A stretch of 64,000 nt of DNA from Glaucostegus cemiculus (lineage: Eukaryota), in contig CDPCPM010000176.1 of the NCBI GenBank assembly GCA_976551045.1, forward strand, positions 8,680,001-8,744,000, in the 5' to 3' direction. The notes under the pieces are model-generated. The model did not search any database. It was given only the letters and a program-made list of their open reading frames with translations, and was not told the origin of the DNA. Shown here piece by piece: positions 1 to 11,461 of this stretch. The first letter of the stretch is position 1; the number at the start of each line of letters is the position of its first letter. The position numbers and the translations under genes were made by a program.

Positions 1-858
1 TCTTGTTCACCTTCTCCCACATTTAGTGGTGTCCCACCTTCCTGGTCATGTACTGGGCTAATCAAGGGTTACTTGTTAGTCCCACACAGTGTCCACTAGC
101 TTCGATGTGGCACAGTGTGTGAACCACACCATTTAACTCACACATTTGTCATTGAGGCCTCTGCTTTCCATAATGCCTTCAGTCTGATTATTTACAGTTG
201 ATAGGCTGCCAGACTTCTTGCTTGCTGAATGGTTTCCACTCATCAACTGCAGCCAGAGAACATTTTCCAAACACAGACCAGACCATTGGGCTGAATCATA
301 GACTGGTAGCTGATGGTTCCAAGGGCAATCATCCCTCCACACTTCAGCTTGCCTCAGCTGTCTGCTCCACCACTGGAATAGCAAGAGATATAACAGTGAC
401 CTGGAGAGAGAGTCCATGTGCACTCCTCATCCAGTCCTTGATGTTATGTCAGGGAGGCTGCATGCAATCATTTGACTGGAATTGCTGACCTGCTGGAGAA
501 AAGCAATTGCAAGTAAACATTATACTTATTATGGAGACATATACTTATGTTTTTGGAGTTTTCTTTAGTTATTTTTAATATGTTTTTAACTTCATTTATT
601 TATTATTTATTTGGTGACATTTATTTTTCTGAATTACTTAACTTGAATAGTTTTAATATGTTTCTGACGGCCAATGATCTTATTGTTGGGTGGATGTGTC
701 AGAATGTGATGTCCAATCCTTAGAGACTTCTTCATTGGATGTAGGGGGTCACTCATGAATCCTTCCACATCCAGAAAAGAAAATTACACTTTCAAATCTT
801 CCTTTATGTATCATGAGAAAATGGCTGAAAGTCTTTTGTGCAGGAGAAGCCAGGGACT

Positions 859-2522
859 TCTGTGGTTAGGTGTGTGGACAGAGTCAAAGAGCGGTGTGGT
901 TTGGTGTGTGGACTGGGTCAGGGAGCTTTGTGGTTTGGTGTGTGGACTGGGTCAGGGAGCGGTGTGGTTTGGTGTGTGGACTGGGTCAGGGAGCTTTGTG
1001 GTTTGGTGTGTGGACTGGGTCAGGGAGCAGTGTGGTTTGGTGTGTGGACTGGGTCAGGCAGAGGTGTGGTTTGGTGTGTGGACAGAGTCAAAGAGCAGTG
1101 TGGTTTGGTGTGTGGACAGAGTCAAAGAGCGGTGTGGTTTGGTGTGTGGACTGGGTCAGACAGTGGTGTGGTTTGGTGTGTGGACTGGGTCAGACAGTGG
1201 TGTGGTTTGGTGTGTGGACTGGGTCAGGGAGCGGTGTGGTTTGGTGTGTGGACTGGGTCAGGGAGCTTTGTGGTTTGGTGTGTGGACTGGGTCAGGCAGC
1301 GGTGTGGTTTGGTGTGTGGACTGGGTCAGGGAGCGGTGTGGTTTGGTGTGTGGACTGGGTCAGACAGTGGTGTGGTTTGGTGTGTGGACTGGGTCAGGGA
1401 GCTTTGTGGTTTGGTGTGTGGACTGGGTCAGAGAACGGTGTGGTTTGGTGTGTGGACTGGGTCAGAGAACGGTGTGGTTTGGTGTGTGGACTGGGTCAGA
1501 CAGCGGTGTGGTTTGATGTGTGGACTGGGTCAGGGAGCGGTGTGGTTTGGTGTGTGGACTGGGTCAGGGAGCTTTGTGGTTTGGTGTGTGGACTGGGTCA
1601 GGGAGCAGTGTGGTTTGGTGTGTGGACTGGGTCAGGCAGCGGTGTGGTTTGGTGTGTGGACAGAGTCAAAGAGCAGTGTGGTTTGGTGTGTGGACAGAGT
1701 CAAAGAGCGGTGTGGTTTGGTGTGTGGACTGGGTCAGACAGTGGTGTGGTTTGGTGTGTGGACTGGGTCAGGGAGCGGTGTGGTTTAGTGTGTGGACTGG
1801 GTCAGGGAGCTTTGTGGTTTGGTGTGTGGACTGGGTCAGGGAGCGGTGTGGTTTGGTGTGTGGACTGGGTCAGGGAGCGGTGTGGTTTGGTGTGTGGACT
1901 GGGTCAGGGAGCGGTGTGGTTTGGTGTGTGGACTGGGTCAGAGAACGGTGTGGTTTGGTGTGTGGACTGGGTCAGACAGCGGTGTGGTTTGATGTGTGGA
2001 CTGGGTCAGGGAGCGGTGTGGTTTGGTGTGTGGACTGGGTCAGGGAGCGGTGTGGTTTGATGTGTGGACTGGGTCAGGGAGCGGTGTGGTTTGATGTGTT
2101 GACTGGGTCAGGGAGCGGTGTGGTTTGGTGTGTGGACTGGGTCAGGGAGCGGTGTGGTTTGATGTGTTGACTGGGTCAGGGAGCAGTGTGGTTTGGTGTG
2201 TGGACTGGGTCAGGGAGCGGTGTGGTTTGATGTGTTGACTGGGTCAGGGAGCAGTGTGGTTTGGTGTGTGGACTGGGTCAGGGAGCGGTGTGGTTTGATG
2301 TGTTGACTGGGTCAGGGAGCAGTGTGGTTTGGTGTGTGGACTGGGTCAGGGAGCGGTGTGGTTTGATGTGTTGACTGGGTCAGGGAGCAGTGTGGTTTGG
2401 TGTGTGGACTGGGTCAGGCAGCGGTGTGGTTTGATGTGTGGACTGGGTCAGGGAGCGGTGTGGTTTGATGTGTTGACTGGGTCAGGGAGCAGTGTGGTTT
2501 GGTGTGCAGATGGAGTCAGAGC
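859..2522. repeat. G/T-rich minisatellite, 34-bp unit (consensus GGTGTGGTTTGGTGTGTGGACTGGGTCAGGGAGC), 48 full copies plus a degenerate partial copy
   Basis: Units start at 859, 893, 927, 961 ... 2491 (2491-859 = 48 x 34). The ORF track shows the matching 34-aa (3-unit) periodicity in all three + frames. Confidence 0.98.
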
Positions 2523-2684
2523 ATGATGATCAGGTGTACAAACAGAGCTGGGGACCTGGAACATGGTTCATTCTGCAGCTGGAGTCAGGGACCAGGAACA
2601 CAGCCAGGTTAGGGAGCTGGTGACCAGAGTACAGCCAGGGTCTGCATCATTTCTTCTCCCAGTGGCTGAAGAGCTGCATCCAAA

Positions 2685-3616
2685 AGGAAGTGGAGGGGTG
2701 GGTTAGTAAATTTGCAGATGACACAAAGGTTGGGGGTGTTGTGGATAGTTTGGAGGGCTGTCAGAGGTTGCAGAGGGACATAGGTAGGATGCAGAGTTGG
2801 GCTGAGAAGTGGCAGATGTAGTTCAACCCAGATAAGTATGAAGTGGTTCATTTTGGTAGGTCGAATATGTTGGCGGAATATAGTATTAATGGTAGGACTC
2901 TTGGCAGTGTGGAGGATCAGAGGGATCTTGGGGTCCGGGTCCATAGGATGCTCAAGGCGGCTGCGCAGGTTGACTCTGTGATTGAGAAGGCGTATGGTGT
3001 ATTGTCCTTCATCAGTCGCGGGATTGAATTTAGGAGCCGGGAGGTATTGCTTCAGTTGTATAGGTCCCTGGTCAGACCCCACTTGGAGTATTGTGCTCAG
3101 TTCTGGTCGCCTCACTACAGGAAAGATGTGGAAGCCATAGAGAGGGTGCAGAGGAGGTTTGCGAGGATGCTGCCTGGAATGCAGAGCATGCCTTATGAGA
3201 GCAGGTTGCAGGAACTCGGCCTTTTCTTCTTGGAGAGAAGGAGGATGAGGGGAGACCTGATAGAGGTATATAAGATGATGAGAGGCATTGATCGTGTAGC
3301 TGGTCAGAGGCTTTTCCCCAGGGCTCAAATGGTGGCCACAAGAGGACATAGATTTAAGGTGCTGGGGAGTAGGTATAGAGGAGATGTCAGGAGTAAGTTT
3401 TTTACTCAGAGAGTGGTGAGTGCGTGGAATGGGCTGCTGGAAGCAGTGGTGGAGGTGGATATGATAGGGTCTTTCAAGAGACTGTTAGATAGGTACATGG
3501 AGATAAGTAAAATAGAGGGCTATTGGAATGCCCAGTAATTTCTAGTGTAGGGACATGTTTGGCACAGCTTTGTGGACCAAAAGGCCTGAATGGTGCTGTA
3601 GTTTTTCTATGTTCTA
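2685..3616 (+). mobile_element. 5'-truncated CR1 LINE (RT C-terminus plus 3' UTR), relatively young
   Basis: Reads SKFADDTKVGG (FADD at 2711), an in-frame TAG at 2819-2821, then ORF 2843-3538 with CR1 motifs RDLGVRVH, LYRSLVRPHLEYCAQFWSP, LERRRMRGDLIEVYK, TRGH, FFTQRVV; ends in a TTCTATGTTCTA tail. Confidence 0.95.
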
Positions 3617-3810
3617 AATCACAATGTGAATTCTGTCCATCCAGAGGCACAGTAGATGTGATCTTCACCATGCAATAATTCCAAGAGAAATGTGGGGACC
3701 AGCACCAGCCACTACACATGGTTTTCTTTTAATCTCACAAAGCTTATGACTCCATTAATGATGAGAAACTGTTGACTATTCCCCTCAAATTCAACTGTCC
3801 ACACAGCCTT
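3617..3810 (+). mobile_element. Decayed RTE-clade LINE RT fragment
   Basis: Hand translation SQCEFCPSRGTVDVIFTMQ*FQEKCGDQHQPLHMVF..LTKAYDSIN matches the RTE motif ESQCGFR..RGT.DMIF..RQLQEKC.EQ..PLY..F.DLTKAFD; similar to 47620-47800. Confidence 0.8.
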
Positions 3811-3914
3811 TGGTCAATTGAGGGAAAGGGAATTTGAAGAGCAGGAGCTCAGAGCTGGCACAAAACTCATGAACTATGAGGTAGCAGTCAACATCATTTA
3901 TCAAATCCATAAAC

Positions 3915-5670
3915 AATTTAGTGTGGAGCCAAAGGAAGCAGGTGAGGTCCTAAATGAACACTTCACCTCTGTATTCAGCAAGGAGAAGGACATGGATAAT
4001 GGAGGGATAAGTGAGGGATATATTGATAATCTAGGGTATAAGGAGGAAGAGGTGTTGTGTGCATTAAGAAACATTAAGGTTAATAAGTCCCCAGAATACT
4101 GAGGGAAGCAAGGGAGGAGATTGCTGGGGCTTTGACAGAGATCTTTCTATCTTCTTTAGCCACAAGCAAGGTCCCAGAAGACTGGGGAATAGCCCGTATT
4201 CTTCCTTTGTTTAAGAAGAGCAACAGGGATAATCCAGAAAATCATAGGCTGATGAACCTCAGTCATAGAGAAATAAATGGAGACGATAACAATAATTCCA
4301 GGGGACATGATTTACTTTAATATGGGAAAATAGACTTATTAGTGATAATATGGCTTTGTGTGGGGGAGATCAGGTCTCACAGATTTGACTCAGTTTTTTG
4401 AGGGGTTGACGAAGATGATTGATGACAGTAGGGCATGGAATTTAGTAAAGCATTTGACAAGGTCCCTCACAGTAGGCTGGTCGAGAAGTCTAAGTCACCT
4501 GGGATCCACAGTGAGATAGAAAGTTGAATACAAAATTGGTTTCGTCATAGAAGACAGAGGGTAGTGGTGGAGGATATTTTTCTAACTGGAGTTCTGTGAC
4601 CAAAGTACTCCACAGGGATCAGTGCTGGGACCTCTGTTGTCTCTGACAATAAGTAATTTGGATGAAAATGTAGGTCACCTAATTAGTAAGTTTGTAGACG
4701 ACACGAAAATTGGTGGAGTTGTGGATAGTGTGGAAGGTTGTCAAAGGATATAACAAGGTATAGTTCAGTTGGAAATTTGGGTACAGAAATGGGAGATGGA
4801 GTTTAATCTGGACAAGTGTGAGGCCATTCATTTTTGGAGGTCAAATGCAAGAGGAAGGTATACAGCAAATGGCAGGACCCTTACGAGCATTGATGTACGG
4901 AGGGATCCTGGGGTGCAAGTCCATAGCTCCCTGAAAGTGGCAGCACAGGTAGACAAGGTGGTAAAGAAGGCATGCAACATGCTTGCCTTCATTAGTTAGG
5001 CTATTGACTATAGAATTTGGCTAGTCATGTTTCAGCTGTAAATGCATTTCACCCAACATCGTGGGCAGGCATGATAGTGTAGCGGTTAGTGTAACGTTAT
5101 TACAGCACCAGCAACCTGGGTTCAATTCCAGCCGCTGTCTATAAGAAGTTTGTACGTTAGGCCACATTTGGAGTTTTGTGTGCAGCTCTGGTAACCAAAC
5201 CATGGGAAGTCTTTGGAGAGGATGCAGAAGAGATTGACCAGAGTATTTCCTGGACAGCAGTCTGCCAGCTATAAGGAGAGGTTGGACAAACTTGGATTGC
5301 TTATCTGCAGCATCGATGGCTGGGGAGCAACCTTAGAGAAGGGTATAAAATTATAACAGGCATAGGTAGGGGAGTGTGTCAGAGTCTTTTTCCCAGGGGT
5401 GAGCTGTCAAATATACTGGAGGGCAAAGTTTTTATCGAAGGGGGGGAAAACTTAAAGGAGATTTTCGAGGCAAGTTTTTTACGCAGAGAGTGGTAGGCGT
5501 CTGGAACGTGCTATCAAGGGAGGTAGATATGCCAACAATTTTTAAGAGGCACTTTGATAGATGCAGGAACAAGTCGGGAATAGAGGGATACGGACAATGG
5601 GCAGGGAGATGGTCGGCACAAACATGGTGGGCCGAAGGGCCTGTTCCTGTGCTGTACTGTTCTATGTTCT
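3915..5670 (+). mobile_element. Decayed CR1 LINE ORF2 (RT) plus 3' UTR, with stops, frameshifts and deletions
   Basis: EVLNEHFTSVFSKE, KVPEDW, FSKAFDKVPH, PQGSVLGP, SKFVDDTK and KWEMEFNLDKCE occur in order; 3' end gggccgaagggcctgttcctgtgctgtactgttctatgttct. Confidence 0.93.
5064..5157 (+). mobile_element. V-SINE 5' fragment (tRNA-derived head) embedded in a CR1
   Basis: tagtgtagcggttag (A box) and gggttcaattcc (B box), same head as 17030 and 21398; CR1 sequence resumes at taggccacatttggag. Confidence 0.85.
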
Positions 5671-5834
5671 TCCGTAAACATTGCAGTAAATCCTATGTCA
5701 CAGACTTGTACACTTCCCCTGAGTCAGGGCATTTCAATCTCTGCTTCATTATTGTTTAAAGTGAGGGCTAAGAATGCTTTGTCTCCTGTGTTGAGATACT
5801 TCCTGTCTTTTCAATTTCTCTATGTCATATGTAA

Positions 5835-6472
5835 GTGCCTCTACTTCCTCAGGAGGCTAAAGAAATTTGGTTTGTCTCCTTTGACTCTCACTAACTTTTA
5901 CCGATGCACCATAGAAAGCATCCTATCTGGTTGTATCACAGTTTGGTACAGCAACTGCTCTGCCCAGGACCACAAGAAGCTGCAGAGAGTTGTGGACACA
6001 GCCCAGCACATCACGGACAGCAGACTCCCCTCCTTGGACTCTGTCTTTACCTCTCATTGTCTTGGTGTAGCGACCAGCATAATCAAAGACCCCACTCATC
6101 CGGGATATTCTCTCTTCTATCCTCTTCCATCGGATAGAAGATACAGGTGCCCAAGGGCATGTACCACCAGACTTAAGGACAGCTTCTACCCCACTGTGAT
6201 AAGACTATTGAACTGTTCCCTTATACAATGAGATGGTCTGTGACCTCACGATCTACCTTGTGTGACCTTGCACCTTATTGCACAGTATTTTCTCTGTAGC
6301 CGTGGCACTTTACTTTGTACTGTTACTGTTTTTACTGCACTACACTGTACTAATGCACTGCGTACTATGTAACTGCACTGTGTAATGAATTGATCTGTAT
6401 GATCAGTTTGTAAGACAAGCTTTTCACTGTACCTCGGTACAAGTCACAATAATAAACCAATACCAATACCAA
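5835..6472 (+). mobile_element. Rex1/Babar-type LINE 3' end
   Basis: ORF 5695-6231 contains LYFLRRLKKFGLSPLTLTNFYRCTIESILSGCITVWYSNCSAQDHKKLQRVV...PTHPGYSLF..LPS.RRYR....TTRLKDSFYP; 3' UTR ends AATAAA followed by (CCAATA)n. Confidence 0.9.
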
Positions 6473-6729
6473 GTGATTCCTTTTCCTTTTTAATTAATTT
6501 GCCTGTAATTAAAAATAAGAGTGAAATGTGTGATATGAAAAACAGAAATATTTGTTTGTGCAGTAATTTCTTTGGATCCTAAATCAGAAATCAGATAAGC
6601 CAGTATAGCATTCATATTTGCATTTGTTTCTAGCTATGTGGCATGAAGCTGTTACTTTGTAGTCGGCCTTTGCATTTTCCTCTGCAGTCCTCCTAACTAT
6701 GGGAGTTAAACCAAGCTATGGATTCATGA

Positions 6730-6970
6730 AGCTTAATAGCATGGAAACAGGCCCTTCGGCCCTACCGTCCATGCCAACCATCATGTACCCATTTACACTT
6801 ATCCTACACTGATCCCATTCTCTTACTCCTCACATTCCTATTAATTCCAGTGACAATTTATAGTTGCCAATCAACCTGCCAACCCGCACATCTTTAGGAT
6901 GTTGGAGGAAGCTCATACAACTGGAGGAAACCCACCTGGTTACGGGGAGAGCGTGCAAACTCTGCATAGA
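6730..6970 (-). mobile_element. Old V-SINE/HE1-like copy
   Basis: Reverse complement of the V core (gaggaaacccac...ggggagagcgtgcaaactc) and of a CR1-like tail (ggaaacaggcccttcggccc). Confidence 0.75.
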
Positions 6971-8858
6971 GCATGGAAATTTCAAAGACATCATGTTATG
7001 AAATTTAAATCTTCACAAATGTTTTTTCTTAACATTTTGATAAAGCTCAAATACAACAGAACATTAACATCATTGTCAGGTAGTTCTATGACCTAATTTG
7101 AACTGTTTCACAGATCGTGATTGTTTTCCTAGGATATCAAAAGGCAGGCGAATAGTGTAAGGTAAATCAAAGTTTGGCAGAATGAAGAAGCAAACTTGAG
7201 GGGCTGAATGGCCCAACCACAATCTGTTTCTTCCTTTGTTTTTAAATCTCTGTTCACTGTATGGTGTCACCTCAATTCCCTGGCACGGAGTGTTACCTGA
7301 ACATGGTGTGAAATGACTAGAGAACTATCTTGGTTTTGTCACCATAACTTTTCAGGGGTCTCTGCTGCATATCCAGTGACATTATAGTGGGGAAGCAAGA
7401 GTAATTGATGGAAAATCCCAGTTGATAAGCACATGCCTCAAATGTTGTAAATATGGGATTGGGGTATCACCCCAGGGAGCCACACGAGTGGCATCGGTGC
7501 TGTGTTCTGTACATATAAAAAGGTAACACTAAGAATGGAACTGTACACGAAAGTAAAGGTTTGAACTGTTTTATTATTGTATATAGTTTATTATTACAAA
7601 TAAGGTTTATTTTGTTAAAAAAATGCAAGGTACAAGAAAACTTGCTCTCCCTTGTGAAGGCAGTCCAGATGACAGTCAATATATTCCATGTGGTGAGTGG
7701 TAAAAGAAGCAGTCAGGGCAGATCTTCAATTTGGACAATGAAGCAACAAAATAAGGACAGAGGTACCAAGGAAATTCAGGCAGTTAGACAACACAGATTT
7801 GAATCAGACCAAATTTCTTTGATTCTCCAACTGGAGTTTATTTATAACCAGTTGCAAGGGAGGGAAATCTGCTCCCAAAATATCACACACATCAACCTCA
7901 GACATCAGTGACAATGAAACAGGAACTTGAACGGGTTGAACATCTCTCAGTTTTATCCCTTGCAGATGTTCCCCTTCCCCTTTCCGTTACAGGGTGCAGC
8001 TCCTCAGTTGACCACTGACTCCCTGCTCAGGAGGCTAGCATTCAGACTGGAGTCTCGGCAAGCTGTCCAAACCCAACAACTGCTCAATAATTTGCTCACG
8101 TTTAAGGGGGGAAAGATTGGGGACAATTTTAAATAGGTCTTTCCAGGAGATGGTAGAGCTGTGAGCAGCGTGTGACACTCTTTCTGTGCTGTACCATTCA
8201 TTGTTTATGATTGTCACTCACAGGGTCACACACTAGGTCCCAAGTCAAGAGGATGGGATGTCCAATTAAACTCTGAACAATCTCTCCCCAACACTCCCCA
8301 CTCTATCCCAAGGGCACTGGAGCCAATTGTCAGAGTCTCTGCTAAATTTTACTAAATAATATCAGTCATCAACTGGTTTTAATAGTCTCATTGCATTTCA
8401 GCACTGTAGACTAAGGAAACTACTTTGGAGCCATGTCCCAAGTTACTGTCCAGTGATTGATGTTGCATGGAAATGATAGCTGAGGACAGGATTGGGTGAA
8501 ACTGTGACATCCTCTATGCTGAACTAATTCATCTCAACTCAGGCATAATAAATGCACACTTACGTGAATTGCTGGAGACTGTAGCACGTCTGCAACTAGC
8601 GTCTTAGAAGAGGGAAGATTCTTCTTGTGTTCGTAGAATCGAAATGTTCTACAACACAGAAACAGGCCCTTCAGCCCAATTTGTCCTAGCCCATCAACTT
8701 GTCCAAGCCCACCAAGCTGCCCGTCTGAGTAAGTCCCATTCGTCTGCATTTGGCCCATATCCCTTGAAACGTTTCCTATCCCCGTACCTGTCTAAATGCC
8801 TTTTAATGTTGTCAACTGTACCCACCTCCACCACCTTCTCTGACAGCTCGTTCCACAT

Positions 8859-9068
8859 GTTGATATTGGCTTATTATTGTCACTTGTAGCAAGGTACAGT
8901 GAAAAGCTTGTCTTACAAACTAATCGTACAGGTCAATTCATCACACAGTGCAATTACATTGATGTAGTACAGGTAAAAACAATAACATTACAGAGTAAAG
9001 TATCACAGCTGCAGAGAAAGTACAGTGCAATAAAGTGCAAGATCACAACAAGGTAGATCATGAGATCA
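8859..9068 (-). mobile_element. Rex1/Babar 3' UTR fragment inserted in the CR1
   Basis: Reverse complement of about 6240-6460 (ttattattgtcacttgtagcaaggtacagtgaaaagcttgtcttacaaac...). Confidence 0.88.
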
Positions 9069-9131
9069 TATCCACGACCCTCTGTGTGAAAAACTTGCCC
9101 TTCAATTTCCCTTTGTATCTTCCCCTCTCAC

Positions 9132-9540
9132 TGTCATGATTCTGAGTACTGGCCCTTGATTTGGTTCCTTAGATGCCTCGTTGTACAGCACATGGATTCC
9201 ATGCTGGACTGATTGCACAATGACACACACCTGAGCCCCATCAGGGGCCTAGCATAAGTACCTGGGTTTCTCTAGCACTAGTTGTCAGAGTATTGGTCAA
9301 CCTTTGGGTATACTTTGGCTCCCAGCTGCTTAGAGTGGGCTACTCCAGAGCAGTCCTGTGTTCTCTATTCCTGCTTGAAGATTCAGTTTGTGTTGGGATT
9401 ACTACTCAGATCTCTGAGACAAGATTTCCTTCCAGTTGCTGCCTGTGTTTGGTCCTGAGGAAGTACCCTGACTCCAGTCTTGTACCAGTGTGCCGCATTT
9501 GGGTTCTCTGTGATCTTGCTCTTCAATCAACATTGTGACA
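9132..9540 (+). mobile_element. Solo LTR, 409 bp, probably Ty3/Gypsy-like, with 5-bp TSD CTCAC
   Basis: Starts TGTCAT and ends GTGACA (TG...CA, imperfect terminal inverted repeat). CTCAC at 9127-9131 and 9541-9545; removing the insert and one TSD restores CR1 sequence cccctctcaccttaaacc. Strand inferred from gcatttgggttc near the right end, a motif I associate with fish Gypsy LTR 3' ends. Confidence 0.85.
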
Positions 9541-10202
9541 CTCACCTTAAACCTGTGCCCTCAAGTTTTAGACTCCCCTAAAGACTGTGACCATTCACTT
9601 TTGCCCCTTGTGATTTTACAAACCCCCATAAGGTCACCCCTCAGGCTCCTATGCTCCAGGGGAAAATAAAACCAGCCTATTCAGTCTCTCCTTATAACTC
9701 AAGCCCTCCAGTCCTGTTTACCTTTGCAACATCAGTCATTGTTGGATTGGACATTATACTTTGTTGATGTCTATGACCCTGTCCACAGCTAGAAATAATA
9801 CAACACAGATTATTCAAATATTATCAGATGTTTGTAATTAGAACTTCCCTTTTGCATAACGAGGGACTTGAATGTGTCCAATCGGTGGCTGTACCTTCAA
9901 GCCTAACTGGGTACATTAGTGCATTGGGGTATACGAATGAAACTGAAGTGAAAAGATATAGGGGAAAAAGTTATCCCTTCCACTCTGGAACTTCACAAAG
10001 CCTGGTGAAATTCGGGTGAAGAGTGGCTGTGCATCAACACAATGCCAGCATTTGACATCAGTGTGCGGAACCGACCAGCATGGGTTCCCTGTGCACCATT
10101 TTACAGTACCTGAAACTCGTTTTGCAGTTGCTGAGATGCAGCATGTTTCCATCTCTACATTTTGCTTCTCAGAATTAAACTTACACGAAAGTATGTTACA
10201 GC

Positions 10203-10400
10203 AACAAAAACAGACAATGCTGAAAATCCTCAGCAAGTCAGGCAGAATCTGTGGAAGTAGAAACAGAATTCATATTTTAGGTTGAAGAGCTCTTCACCTT
10301 GCAATGTTACCTCTGTTTCTCTTTCCGCAGATGCTGCCTGTCCTGCTGAGTGCTTCCAGCACTTTCTGTTTTTATTTCAGATTTCCAGCATCTGCAGGTT
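10203..10400. mobile_element. Palindromic Penelope-like terminal element (inverted arms of about 60 bp)
   Basis: Left arm aaaaacagacaatgctgaaaatcctcagcaagtcaggcagaatctgtggaagtagaaacaga matches the reverse complement of right arm tctgtttctctttccgcagatgctgcctgtcctgctgagtgcttccagcactttctgttttt. Confidence 0.8.
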
Positions 10401-11300
10401 CTTTGATTTCTGATTAGCATTTACAGCATTTTAGTAAAATGATGGCCAGACAGTCCTTTCTCTCGTGGTCTGCTTACAAACACGCTGTGTTATTTGGAAT
10501 CTCCAGTGAAAACTAGAATTTGTGCTGAAAATCACTGTAGAATATTATTACTTCAGTGATAGTGAAATTTATTTATTTAAATGAGATTTAACTTCAGATA
10601 AAAGATCTTGAATTGTATGTGGCATGGGGTCAGCTCTGGATAGCTGCAATAATATGGGATATAGTTCTCCTACATTGGCAAGCTTTTGATTTTTAGTAGG
10701 TTGCTGCTATATCTGTGCTTGCAATCTGAACGCTCTGCAAATTGAATATTCACTTCCAAAATGTTTGGGCACCAGACCAGGACCTTTTCTTTTTATTTTT
10801 AGGAGGGGTGTGGAGACAAGGACTGTTTGTGAAGTAAATGTACCATTCATAAAACATTAATAGATGAAGAGCAGAAAGATACACAGCTACTGACATTCCA
10901 CATAACTCTCCCATCCCACTTGAAGCTGGGAAATGACAACCGCCACCCCCACCCCTCTAAAACCATTCTTTCATCCGCCCCCTGTGGCCAACTCTGCTGC
11001 CTCTCACTCTTCCGACCCTGGGAACTTGGCATCAGCGCTCATTGCCCTACCCTGCCCTTCTCTCCCCCTCTGATGTCGAGTGCCAATTTTCCCTCGTACT
11101 TTTCATCAGAATTCAATTTCCTCTGTGAGTTGAAAGCGGCAAAACTCTTACTTTTTTTTTTAAACACCAGATTTCCACTTCCTATATGATGGATGAACAG
11201 CACTTAGGGTCTCTCTGCTTGTCCATCATGCCCTGCGATTAAAAAACAAGAATTGCCAGCTTTCTTACTCTTCTGATGCATCAAACAACTCCATTCATCT

Positions 11301-11461
11301 NNNNNNNNNNNNNNNNNNNNNNNNNNNNNNNNNNNNNNNNNNNNNNNNNNNNNNNNNNNNNNNNNNNNNNNNNNNNNNNNNNNNNNNNNNNNNNNNNNNN
11401 NNNNNNNNNNNNNNNNNNNNNNNNNNNNNNNNNNNNNNNNNNNNNNNNNNNNNNNNNNNNN
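11301..11461. other. N-block, 161 bp (assembly gap or masked sequence)
   Basis: Run of N with unique-sequence flanks. Confidence 0.99.

Larger units (their letters stand above)
8630..9715 (-). mobile_element. CR1 LINE 3' part interrupted by two younger insertions
   Basis: acagaaacaggcccttcagccc tail; ccctctgtgtgaaaaacttgccc (reverse of GKFFTQR); caccttaaacctgtgccctc (reverse of GHRFKV); ggtcacccctcaggctcc (reverse of RLRGDL). Confidence 0.88.

Noticed and set aside
859-2522. CRISPR-like array (repeat length 34 bp)
   Set aside because: Units are directly adjacent with no unique spacers, there are no cas genes and the context is vertebrate.
755-2526. Long overlapping ORFs (253, 316, 396, 216 aa) rich in G/V/W/C
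   Set aside because: Read-through of a 34-bp tandem repeat with few stop codons; all three frames give the same periodic peptide and variant units introduce stops.
2609-3349. 246-aa minus-strand ORF, and similar ones at 30378-30716, 40655-40870 and 22840-23115
   Set aside because: Antisense shadows of CR1 coding sequence.
7993-8136. Possible exon after a pyrimidine tract and CAG acceptor
   Set aside because: The frame ends in a stop, the peptide is unrecognisable and I see no convincing partner exon; it needs RNA-seq.
11301-11461. N-blocks as snRNA genes (sizes near U1, U2, U4) or as exons of one gene
   Set aside because: Size alone is not evidence; I found no shared PSE or 3' box and no consistent AG/GT boundaries on one strand across the four blocks.
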